From an uncultured Flavobacteriaceae bacterium (GTDB taxonomy: Bacteria > Bacteroidota > Bacteroidia > Flavobacteriales > Flavobacteriaceae), in NCBI GenBank assembly GCA_905182575.1, contig CAJJCA010000008.1, forward strand, positions 1,174 to 65,173: a stretch of 64,000 bases of DNA, written 5' to 3'. A program made the translations under genes and the position numbers. The notes under the pieces were generated by a model, which was not told the DNA's origin, searched no databases, and saw only the letters and a program-made list of their open reading frames with translations. Of this stretch, positions 10,629 through 21,522 are shown in pieces. Positions within the stretch are counted from its first letter, which is position 1. The number at the start of each line of letters is the position of its first letter.

Positions 10629-12763
10629 ATGAAAAATAAAAATATTTTCTTCTTTTTGTTAATCAGTTATTTTGTATTTGCTCAAAATGATAAACAGGAG
10701 CTAGATTCGTTATCAATTATAAAAACAAGTATTTGGGGTGATTATTCCTTTGTGAATGGAAATGACGCAAAAGCAATTGCTTATTATTCTAAAGTAATTG
10801 AACATTTAACTCTAGAACAAAGAAGGGCATTTTCTAAAGTCCTTAATACCAGAAATAAAATTGCATTGGCAGCAAAGGTAATGAAACCAATTGTTGAATC
10901 TAATCAAGCCATTGTTAAAGACTATTATTTTTATGCCCAATTAATCCCTGACAATCAAAAATTAGCTAAAGAATATATTTCAAAAGCGAACAGGCTTGTT
11001 CTTGAAATAGAAAACAACGCTGACGATTTAACAAACGGGGCAGAAGCATCACCATATACTTTAAAAAATTTAAATATAAATACTGAGAAATCTGATTTTG
11101 GAGCGACTTATTTATCTCAAGATAATGGCGTGTTTTTTTATTTAGGACCTCAAAAGAAACTCCCTAAAAAGCGTTTGAGAAAAAAGTTTGAGTCTACAAG
11201 TCAGCTTTATGACATTTATAAAGCAGATTTACAACTCGATTCATTCTTAGTTGAAAATTCAAGAGAATTAAACCTTAATTTAAATTCAGTTTTTCAAGAT
11301 GGTCCGTTGGCAATCAATCTTAAAACGAATACACTTTATTTATCAAGAAGTAGCCTGAAAATTCAGTATTCCAAAAAAAAGATGCAATTGGATCTATATA
11401 ACGTAAAAATTAATGAAATAGAAAGTCAGTTCCCAGATATTCTTCAATCAATCTAGAAGGGTTTTCAACACTTCACCCCTCAGTAGCAAAGGATGGTGAA
11501 CGCTTGTATTTCGCTAGTGATCGTCCTGGTGGGTTTGGTGGAATGGATCTTTATTATGTTGCTATTGAAAATGATGTTCTTTTGGGAGATCCAGTTAATT
11601 TGGGACCTGATATAAATACAAGTGCAAATGAGGTTTTCCCTTTTAGCTATTCAAATCAAATTTTATTTTATTCTTCAGACAAACAAAAAGATAAAAAACT
11701 AACTATTTATCTCGCTTCAAACCTAATAGCCAACAGATGGGAGACACAGAAACTTAACCCACCTTTTAATTCGAAAGGGGATGATTTTTCTTTTTCAATA
11801 GAAAATAAAGCTAAGATCGGATTTATAAGCTCCAACCGATTCGCGGGAAGGGGAGAAGATGATATTTATGGGTTTCAATTCACACCTAATGTTGAAGGAA
11901 AAAGTGACGTTTATAGATTTCCTCAAGGCGATACCTTAATAGTTGCTTTTAATAATGTTTTAAAAAACGATTTTGATTTTATGAAATCAAAAGATCCATT
12001 AATAGAAATTGTCCCTCTTCAAGTAAAATTAATTGATAGTGTTAGTCACGGTGATTTAATTCTAAATTCAAATGGATCATTTCTTTATACCCAAGAATCT
12101 AAAAAACAAAAAGAAGATTCATTTTCATATATGATTGATACTCCTTTTGGAAGCTCTAAAAATATAAAAGTTGAATTGATTCCTGAACAAATTTCAATTT
12201 CTGAATACTCAGAAGAGGTTTTTAGGCCTATTTATTATACTTTTAATCGATTTGATTTAGAAATAAAATATAAAGACCGACTTGATGCAATTGTTGATTA
12301 TTTAAATGAAAACACCGAAGCTGAAGTAGCAGTTTCCTCTTATGCTGATTGCAGAGGACCTAGAGATTATAACCTTAAACTGACGGAGAAAAGGTCAAAA
12401 ACTATTGTGAAATACATTGGGTCAAGGATACATAACCCTAAACGAATTACTGGAAAAGGTTATGGAGAGGTTACAGTACAAGTAAATGATATTTATGATT
12501 ATTCAATTATTATGAATTCTTTTATAAATGAGACAAGTGCAATAAAATTTTTAAAGAAATTTAACTCACTTGGAAATAAAGCAAAAATCACAGAAGTATC
12601 CTCTAGTTTTAGAATTATATTTAGAAAATACGATTCCTATCAAGAAGCTGAAAAGGGTATCGATATACTAAAAAAACTAGGCTATGATGGATGGATAAGT
12701 AAAAGGGAGTGTTACTTATTGTCAGAAGAAAGATCACCAATCAAAGAGAAAAACAACGTTTAA
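10629..12763 (+). pseudogene. OmpA-family peptidoglycan-binding protein (TPR-like N-terminus, TolB-like repeats, OmpA_C domain, SPOR-like tail), one frameshift
   Basis: ORFs 10629-11456 and 11504-12763 join if the frame is shifted near 11400-11450 (INLEGFSTLHPSVAKDGERLYFASDRPGGFGGMDLYY is open upstream of the second ORF). The OmpA_C core reads YYTFNRFDLE...SYADCRGPRDYNLKLTEKRSKTIVKYI...GKGYGE. The tail 12500-12700 fits the SPOR pattern. Confidence 0.7.
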
Positions 12764-12799
12764 AATTTCAAATTGAATAAACCTTAACTGAAAAACTAG

Positions 12800-13087
12800 A
12801 TGAAAAAACTACTGCTTGTTTGTATGTTTTGTTTGCCCATTTTCCTAATGGGTCAAAAGGCTTGTAACGTATATGGAAAAGTCAGGTTTGTTGAATATGG
12901 TGAAGATTACAAAGTCAAATTTGTAAAGTATAATGAAGACTTAAGTATTAAGTATGTGAGTTATGGCGAAAATAAAGTTGGAAATTGGAAAGTGGTTGAA
13001 TATGGGGAAGATTATAAATTAAAGACCGTTAAGTATGGTCAAGATTTTACTGCTAAAGAAGTTGAATATGGACAAGGTTGTAAATAA
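12800..13087 (+). CDS. Small secreted repeat protein (95 aa), function unknown
   Basis: It has a signal peptide (MKKLLLVCMFCLPIFLMGQ). Five or six ~11-13-aa repeats follow, of the type V-[EK]-Y-G-[EQ]-D-[YF]-x-x-K (VEYGEDYKVK, VKYNEDLSIK, VSYGENKVGNWK, VEYGEDYKLK, VKYGQDFTAK, VEYGQGCK). A Cys lies at each end of the mature part. Confidence 0.55.
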   Translation: MKKLLLVCMFCLPIFLMGQKACNVYGKVRFVEYGEDYKVKFVKYNEDLSIKYVSYGENKVGNWKVVEYGEDYKLKTVKYGQDFTAKEVEYGQGCK

Positions 13088-13146
13088 ATAATAATTGTTG
13101 ATTTTCCTTGGTTTAATAAGAAAACGACAATAGATAATGATCACTT

Positions 13147-14544
13147 TTACTTACCGATACAGAAATTAGCAAACACATTCCCCAAAAGATCTTCGGTAGT
13201 AATCTCTCCAGTTATTTCTCCCAAATGCATCAAAGCCTCGTTGATATCGACAGACAAAAGATCGCCAGATATCTTCTGATCTAGTCCGTTTTTTATGTTT
13301 AAAATTGCTTTTAGTACGTTTTGAAGTGCGTCATAGTGACGAATGTTTGTAATGATCACATCCTGATTGGATGCCATTTGACTTACTTGGTTAAACAAAA
13401 ATTTCTTTAGCGATTCAATAGAAATTTTGTCGAAGGTTGAAATTTTAATGGGTTGCAATATTTTTTTGGAATTTAATTCCTTAGTCAAGGCGCTGTCAAA
13501 TTCATTAGCTGCATTTTTATTTAAGTCAACTTTACTTTCCACAGGAATTAAAATCAAATCATCCCGTCTGAACTCATTAATATCTTTTATGATTTCATTT
13601 AAGTTCGCATCATTTCGATCATAGAGGTAGAGCAGTACTTTCGCTTTGAGTGCTTTTTCTTTCGTCTTGGCGACGCCTACAGCTTCAATCTCGTCAGTGG
13701 TCTCTCTAAGGCCAGCGGTATCTATAAACCTGAATTGAATACCCTTAATTGTCAAAGTGTCTTCTATGGTGTCCCTAGTAGTTCCTGCGATAGAAGATAC
13801 AATTGCTCTGTTATCATTCAATAAGGCATTTAATAAGGAGGACTTACCAGCATTTGGTTTTCCGATGATCGCAACAGGCACCCCTTTTTTGATAACACTT
13901 CCATAGGCAAAGGAGTCCGCTAAGGATTTAATCTTCATTTGAATTTCATCGAGTAGCGCAAAGAGTTCCTTTCGATCGGCAAATTCAACATCTTCCTCAG
14001 AGAAATCTAGCTCTAGGGTAATCAGGGAAGCGAAATCAAGTAGTTTTTGGCGCAGCAGTATCAGCTCCTGAGTCTACCCACCTCTCAGTTGATTTAACGC
14101 AACTTCATGAGCTGCTTTAGATTCCGATGCAATCAAGTCAGCAACTGCTTCCGCTTGGCTAAGATCCATTTTTTTATTCAAAAAAGCACGCAACGTAAAC
14201 TCTCCTGGTTGTGCTGGTTTTGCACCCTTTCGAATAAACAATTGAAGTATTTCTTGCTGAATATAAATTGATCCATGACAGGAAATTTCAACTACATTTT
14301 CACCAGTGTAGGAATTAGGTGCTTTAAAAACACTCACCAAAACTTCGTCAATTTCAGTTCCATCATTATGAATTCTTCCCAAATGAATGGCATGTGATTT
14401 TTGGTCAGACAATTTCTTCCCGCTTTTGCTCTTGAAAGAGCTCGTTACCAAATCAATAGCATTTTCTCCTGAAAGGCGCAGCAAACTGATGGCTGCTGTT
14501 CCTGATGCACTTGAATTTGCAATGATGGTTCCTTCATTCATCAT
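13147..14544 (-). pseudogene. mnmE: tRNA modification GTPase MnmE with a single in-frame TAG
   Basis: The N-terminal TrmE domain is 14074-14544. The G domain (GKPNAGKSS, DTAGLR) and C-terminal FCIGK motif are in 13147-13938. Both ORFs are in the same frame and only TAG 14074-14076 separates them (...NQLRGG*TQELILLRQKLLDFASL...). Confidence 0.85.
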
Positions 14545-14674
14545 AAAACAAAATTAGATTTTTTATGGGTATGAATTATTTAAAAGAGGAATCTAAATTT
14601 ATCTTTAAATTAAAAAAGTATAATTTATAAATTAATTGAAAATGGACATGTACAGTTTTATTTTGTTCCCTTTT

Positions 14675-15812
14675 TTAAATTTGAATAGTTACTGTAACCC
14701 TTTTCTTGTGTTGTCGGTGCTCATAGTTTTTCCAAAGGTTTTGTATTGCCAGGTTGTCTTCTAACTCTGGGTTGGTCTCAATAACATTGTATTTCTTTTT
14801 ATTAAAAACCTTTTGCATTTCATTGAAAATAATAGCAATAACGCCTTTGTTTTGGAATCTAGGGTGAACGCCTATTAAATAAAAAGAAGCCTTGTGGTTA
14901 AAATACATTGCCTTAAGTAAATGTAAAAAACCAAAAGGAAACATCTTTCCATTTGCCTTCTTTAAAGCTTTTGAAAAGGAGGGCATTGCAATCGTAAATG
15001 CAACCAACTTGTTGTCTTCATCGACAATACACTTTATGAAATCTGGGTGTATGTATTTAAAATATTTTTCTTTGTATTGCTGAATTTGTTTTTTTTGAAT
15101 GGGAACGTAAGTTTTAAGCTCACCATAGGTTTCATCTAAAAGCTCAAACATTTGAGCAAGATATGGGAGGATATCGTTTCTGGATTTAAATTTCTAAAAC
15201 CCTAAGCTGATAGCGTTCGCGCATGAGTTTAGAAAATCTTTTGACTTTTTCAGGAGCATCTTCAAAAGAGTACATTTTTATTTCATATTCTAACCAAACT
15301 GCTAATTCCTTATATCCCAATTGTTTAAAATGCTCAATATAATATGGTGCGTTGTAGAGCGTGATCATGGTATTTCTTTCGTCAAACCCATTCACAAGCA
15401 TTCCGGCCTTGTCTAAATTAGAGAATCCTACAGGTCCTTCGATATGATTTAGTCCATTTTCTAGTCCTTTTTCTTTAACCTTCCCTAATATAGTTCCACG
15501 CTCTTTAATATCATCAATTACATCAAACCAGCCAAAGCGAACATTTTTTCTTTCTAATTGATTGACCTCTGTCCAGTTGATAATCACAGCAATTCGACCT
15601 ACAATCTCTCCGTTTTTATAAGCCAAATAATAGTCGGCCTCCGCATTTTCGAAAACAGGATTTTTAGAAGTATCTAAAACATCGATTTCCTCTTGTATTA
15701 TAGGGGGAATCCAATAAGGATTGTTTTTGTAAAGACTAAAAGGAAACTTAACAAATTTTTTCAATTCGCTATCCGAATTAACCCGCTTAATTTCAATTGA
15801 ATTTGATTCCAT
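14675..15812 (-). pseudogene. GNAT-like N-acetyltransferase (about 378 aa), one frameshift
   Basis: ORFs 15186-15812 and 14675-15151 are colinear. The downstream frame is open back to ...KSRNDILPYLAQMFELL, so removing one base in gaaattt (about 15188-15194) fuses them. An acetyl-CoA-site-like string FQNKGVIAIIF is present. The family call is tentative. Confidence 0.45.
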
Positions 15813-15816
15813 AGTA

Positions 15817-16860
15817 CTATTTACGTTTAGCTTTTCGGTTTCTTTTCTTCTCTTGCTTACTGTCTTTTTTCATTTGTTTTTTTAGCCCTTTTTCTTCGTT
15901 TTTTTGTTTTTCAAAATTAATTTCCTCTGCGCTGGTGAAATCTTTGTGGAAGTTTAAACGGTAGGAAACTCCTAAGTTAACAAAAGTTGAGCTGGGCTTG
16001 GTTTGAGTATTGACCCCCAAAGATCCTTCGATTTGAATGTAATCTGTGAGTAAATAAGCAATTCCTGTCCTAAAGATAAAGTCGTTATAACGTTCGCTAA
16101 AAACCCCTTGATTTTCCATATACACCGACCAATACGGATGGAAAGTGTGCGTCAGTGTGATTATGTAACTTTTCTCCACATAATCTGTTAAATAACGACT
16201 CAATGAAAAATTAGTAACAAAAACCCAAGTTCCTAAAAAATGGGACTGGGTGGCAATCGTTCCGCCAAGTGAAAGCAATGATTCTTTTTCTGTTTGAGCA
16301 TTTAAATTTTGAAAGAACAACGGCCTGTTAATCAAATCAAAGACATCTCCATAAGGGTAGGGGTTCTCTGGTTCAATATTAAAGTTTGCTCCAGCAGTTA
16401 TGGAGACTGCAGGGATTAGATGTTTTAATTTAAAGCCATTGTTTGCTTTCCAGCTGTAATTATTGACTTCCTCTTCTCTTTTAAAAGGATCATAAACCAA
16501 ATATTTAATTCCAATAAAGTTTTTTAAAAATCCATTTCTTTCGTAAACAAACTCTTTCGAAGAAATCTTGTTGGTCAATCGGTCCATCATGTAACTCCCT
16601 TCATAGGTCAGTTCGAGTTGTTCAAACAAAAATCCCCATCGGATAGAAAGAAAACCAATTCTTCCATCAACTGTTGAATTGTTATAGGCTTCATGTTTAA
16701 ATTTTCTGTATTCAAGACCACCTTCAAACTGAACAATTCCTTTTCCAACAGCAAATGCGCCAATGGAAGCACCCGGACGATTAGAGTTTATTTGATCGGT
16801 ATATTGTGCTCGAACGATGGCCGATATAAGAATGAAACAGACCGTAAAATGTTTGAGCAT
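15817..16860 (-). CDS. Outer-membrane beta-barrel protein (transporter/MetA-like OMP) with a Lys/Arg-rich C-terminal tail
   Basis: It has a signal peptide (MLKHFTVCFILISAIVRAQ), alternating beta-strand pattern throughout and a terminal beta-signal-like GVSYRLNF. A 43-aa polybasic extension (15820-15948) follows. Confidence 0.5.
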   Translation of the reverse strand: MLKHFTVCFILISAIVRAQYTDQINSNRPGASIGAFAVGKGIVQFEGGLEYRKFKHEAYNNSTVDGRIGFLSIRWGFLFEQLELTYEGSYMMDRLTNKISSKEFVYERNGFLKNFIGIKYLVYDPFKREEEVNNYSWKANNGFKLKHLIPAVSITAGANFNIEPENPYPYGDVFDLINRPLFFQNLNAQTEKESLLSLGGTIATQSHFLGTWVFVTNFSLSRYLTDYVEKSYIITLTHTFHPYWSVYMENQGVFSERYNDFIFRTGIAYLLTDYIQIEGSLGVNTQTKPSSTFVNLGVSYRLNFHKDFTSAEEINFEKQKNEEKGLKKQMKKDSKQEKKRNRKAKRK

Positions 16861-16940
16861 TATTTTTTTATCGCAAGATAATTGTATTTTTTTTTCTAAA
16901 GAGTGATGCCATTAAAAATAGTGCCAACTTTTCTTTACTT

Positions 16941-17183
16941 TTGAATATTATTAATTTTAAACCCATCGATTTGATTGGATTGCTCAAATTTTTATTGATT
17001 TTCTTCGGTTTTACCTACTTGTTTCGTTTAATTAAACCTTTTATTTTTAGATACTTACTCAAAAAAGTATCCAAGAAAATGGGCGACTTTAAAACGGAAG
17101 CGCCTGTGAATAAGGAAGAAAAAAAAGACAAAAAAAACGCCCAAGACTTAGGGGAATACATTGACTATGAAGAAATTGATTGA
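16941..17183 (+). CDS. Small membrane protein, DUF4834-like
   Basis: The 80-aa ORF has one hydrophobic helix, a Lys-rich linker and an acidic GEYIDYEEID end, which I associate with DUF4834 proteins of Bacteroidota. Confidence 0.4.
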   Translation: MNIINFKPIDLIGLLKFLLIFFGFTYLFRLIKPFIFRYLLKKVSKKMGDFKTEAPVNKEEKKDKKNAQDLGEYIDYEEID

Positions 17184-19578
17184 GAGTTTTTTAAAAAACA
17201 AGGGGCATTATCATGCAGGTGTGATTTTTTGTTTCGGGATTTTTTCAATCTTATTTTATTACCCCATCCTTTCCGGAAAAGCGCTTGTGCAATCTGACAT
17301 CAGACAGTATACTGGCATGTCAAGGCAAATTCAAGAGCACCGAAAGAATCAGAAAGAAGAAATTTACTGGATTGACAATGCTTTTGGCGGTATGCCGACC
17401 TATCAATTAGGGGCGCGTTATCCAGCAGATTTTCTTACTCCGATTCATAAAATTTTTCAAAACATTCCATTTGGTGAACTTACCTTTATTTATTAACCGC
17501 CTATCTATTTCTTCTAATTATCAGAATGCCCTGGCACATTGCTGTTTTTGGTGCCTTGGCCTATGGCTTATCTACCTACTTATTGATTATTCTTCAAGTA
17601 GGCCATAACACAAAAGCCCAAGCTTTGGCTTATATGCCTCTCGTTTTGGGAGGAGTTTATATGATTTTTAACGATAAGAAATTCTGGGGGTTTTTGCTAA
17701 CCGTTCTGGCGCTTGCGATGCAAATCCGCGCCAACCATTATCAAATGACTTACTATATGTTGCTTTTGCTGTTATTGTTTGTCATGGTTTATTTTTTCAA
17801 ATCAATTAAAGAAAAGCTAATTAGCTTTAACTGTAAAAACAGGGGTTCTCTTTTTTTCTGGATTACTTGCTTTGGGGCTCAATGCCACTTCATTGCTTGC
17901 TACTGCTGAATACTCAAAATTTAGTACTCGCGGTAAAAGCGAATTGACTCAGAACCCTGACAATTCTTTAAAAGAAGTGACGAGTGGATTGGATACAGCA
18001 TACATTACTCAGTTTAGCTATGGTATTTTTGAAAGTTTAAATTTATTTATTCCTAGAATTCAAGGGGGAGGTTCAAGAGAAGATTTAGGACAAGATTCTG
18101 AGCTGTATAAGTTTTTGATTCAACAAGGCGTTCCGAGAAATCAAGCGGGACAATTCGTTCAGAATGTTCCGACCTACTGGGGCGATCAACCCATACTAGA
18201 AGCTCCAGCCTATATAGGAGTAACGATTGTCTTTCTGGCAATCATTTCTCTCTTTCTGATTAAAGGTGCCCTTAGAAATTGGCTTTTTGCTGGAATTATT
18301 ATGTCTTTACTTTTGTCTTGGGGTAAAAATCTGCCTTGGCTTACTCAGTTTTTTATTGACTACTTTCCACTTTACAACAAGTTTAGAGCTGTTAGTTCCA
18401 TTCAGGTGATTCTTGAATTTTGTTTCCCAGTTTTGGCTTGCTTAGGCTTGCATCTAATATTAGAACAAAGAGCGTTAAATCCTAAGAAATCTATTTTAAA
18501 AACAGCGACATTCTTTCTCTCCTTTCTCCTGCTTTTACTTTTATCGAAAAGTATTTTTGATTTTAGCGGTGGGATGGATGGCTACCTTTCTGAGGCTTAT
18601 GGACCGATGATCATGGATCAAATTCTTGAAGCAAGAAGATCAATTTTTAGTTATGACATTATAAGAGCAATCCTTTATACGCTTGCAATTACAGCTATTC
18701 TATATTTATTCATTCAAGGAAAATTATCAAAAAAAGTCAGTATTCTGGCTTTGTTCGCATTATTAGCGTCAGATCTGTTGGGAATTTCCAATCGCTATAT
18801 CGACCGTGATCTGTTTGTTTTACCCCGCCAAAAAAGTCAACCTTTTCTAATTCAAGCTTCAGATCGAGCAATACTAAAAGACAGTACTCGTTATCGTGTC
18901 TTTGAGCCTAATCTCCAGCTTTCAGGAGCAAGGACGGCTTATTTCCATAACGCTATTGGTGGTTATCACGGTGCTAAACCCAGACGGTTTGAAGAGCTTT
19001 ATGAATATTTTAGCGCAAATCAGATTGAAGGCGTTTTGGACATGCTTAATGTGAAATACATTCTTTTTGAAAAGGAAAAGGAGCAAAAGTTTATTCAAAA
19101 TCCAAATGCGATGGGGAACGCTTGGTTTGTAGACTCTCTCTTTGTTGCAGTCGATGCGGACGGGGTTTTAAATAAAATGAAATCCTTGAACTTTGAAAAT
19201 GGTGCAATTGTATTGGCAAGTGAGGCCCCCGAAAATATTAAGCTGACTTTTTCCGCAGATAGTTTGTCTCGCATTGACCTCACAAAAGCGCATCCAACTC
19301 GATTGGAATATAAATTTAGCTCCTCAGAAGAGCAAATGGTTGTTTTTTCAGAAATGTATTACCCCCATGGATGGAAGTCATTCATTGATGGAGTAGAAGT
19401 AGAACATTTCCCCGTCAATTATGTCCTTCGTGGACTCAATGTTCCAAAAGGGAATCACGACATTGTTTTTTCTTTTGAGCCTTCAGTTATTAAGACAGGA
19501 ACTTCAATACGTTTGCTAGCACTGTTTCTATTTCTTGGAGTCATTCTTGTTGCTCTGTTCAAGAAATATAAACGATGA
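17161..19578 (+). pseudogene. YfhO-family polytopic membrane protein (glycosyl-transfer to envelope polymers), at least 2 frame breaks
   Basis: ORFs 17161-17496, 17526-17909 and 17872-19578 are colinear. Together they give a ~800-aa multi-TM protein with a large extracytoplasmic C-terminal part, the YfhO architecture. Confidence 0.6.
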
Positions 19579-21432
19579 AAGGTTTTAAAAACAAACTTTT
19601 ATTTTTTCTCTCCTATTTCCTTTTGTGGATAGGATATTTTGTTTTTTCTCGTACGATTTTCCTGCTTTTTTATTACGATAAAACGCTTGAACTCGGCATA
19701 GAAACAACTCTAAAAACCTTTTTATATGGTTTACGATTAGACCTTTCATTTGCTTCTTATTTAAGTGTTATTATGTAACTTTTTAATTCTGTTTTCTTTT
19801 TTTATTAAGCCTGTAAAAATTCATAAAACAATAAAATGGTATTCCTATTTATTATTAATTCTCATTAATTTATTATTAATCATTGATGTTGGATTATACC
19901 AAACTTGGGGCGTGCGAATTGACAGGACACTGTTGACTTACATTGACACCCCAGAGCTCATGTTGGCTTCAATATCTGCCTTTCAAATGATTATGGGGAG
20001 TATTGTTTGGGTGGTGATTTCAATTGTATTTATTAAATTATTTAAAACTGTTATCTCCAAAAGAATGGTAGCAATAAGAAACGGAAGTTGGTTTCAGCTA
20101 CCAGTTTTGTTTTTTATTACCATTGCTTTAATAATACCGATTAGGGGTGGCCTTCAATTAATCCCTGTAAATCAAAGCAATGTTTATTTTTCTAATAAAA
20201 TGTTTGCGAATCATGCCGCTATAAATTTCGTTTGGAACTTTTTTAATACGCTATCCTTTAAAATAGAAGATGAGAATCCTTACAAAATGTTTGATGATCT
20301 CACGGCACAAAAAATTATTGATAAAAATAGAGCTCCTCTTTTAATTGCAACAAACGATTCCATTTTAAATACTCAAAAACCAAATGTTATTTTATTAATT
20401 TGGGAAGGTCTTACGGCCAAGGTTGTAGGCCCTTTGGGCGGAGAAAAAGAGGTTACTGAAAATCTAAATAAACTTGTTAAAGAAGGTATCTTTTTTACCA
20501 ATTTTTATGCGAATGGAGACAGAACAGACAAAGGAATCCCTTCTATTTTGAGTGGTTATTATCCCCAACCCATTAGGAAAATCATGAGGATGCCTAACAA
20601 ATCTAGGAGTTTACCAATGCTGCCTCAAAAAATGATTGATTTAGGTTACAAAACATCATTTTATTATGGCGGTGATACCAATTTCGGGAACATGAATACC
20701 TACCTTAGAAATGCTGGAATTTCTAATATTATAGAGGGTAGCGAATTTGATAAAAAGGATTGGAATTCAAAGTGGGGCGTCCACGACCATATTTTTATGG
20801 AGCGTTTTACAAAGGATTTATCTCAGCCACAAATTGAACCCTTTTTTAAAATTGTACTGACGCTTTCTAGCCATGAGCCCTATGAGTTTCCAGACACTTT
20901 TAAATTTGGAAGAGATACTGAAGTAAATAAATTCAGAAGCTCCCATGCATATACAGATAAGGTAATAGGTGAGTTTATCAAAAAGGCTAAGACACAATCT
21001 TGGTGGGAAAACACTCTGATCATCATTGTTGCCGATCATGGGCATGGATTGCCAGAAAGAAAAGGATATTTTAATGCCCCCAGTCGTTTTAAAATACCCA
21101 TGCTTTGGTTGGGTGGAGCCTTGGCAAAAAGGGATACAATCGTTTCTACCATCTCAGCACAAACTGATCTTTCATATACGCTTCTACAAACTCTGAATCA
21201 AGATCCTTCTGATTTTAAATGGGGTAAAAATATTTTTAATAACTCTGAAAGTCAATACGCTCATTACATTTTTAATAAAGGCTTCGGAATCATTGATAAA
21301 AATGGAATTTATGTTTATGATTTTATAAGCAATAAAGCTTTTGAAGAAAAGGGAACCTCCACAAAAAAACTAGATTCTTTGGGAAAGGCCATTTTACAAA
21401 ATTCTTATCAAGATTTTTTAGATCGAAAGTAA
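19575..21432 (+). pseudogene. LTA-synthase-family sulfatase-domain membrane protein, N-terminal frameshift
   Basis: TM segments lie in 19575-19778 and 19765-20200. An alkaline-phosphatase/sulfatase-fold domain follows (NVILLIWEGLTA, DRTDKGIPSILSGY, LTLSSHEPY, IIVADHGH). The frame break is near 19770. The start overlaps the YfhO stop (ATGA). Confidence 0.7.
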
Positions 21433-21522
21433 TAAGCAGCAAATAGGGAAACTTAAAATTGAAAATAATATGCTCTACGGTGATTCTTGTCGGCTAAACT
21501 TTTAATTTAGCAAAAAACAGGG

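Noticed and set aside
2986-14658. The shared string ATGTACAGTTT(T)ATTT at 2986-3000 and 14648-14664, plus TGTACA in the 48.6-kb operator region.
   Set aside because: These are only two short AT-rich matches in different contexts; one spans a possible in-frame TAA of a small ORF. They are most likely chance, with insufficient evidence for a regulatory motif.
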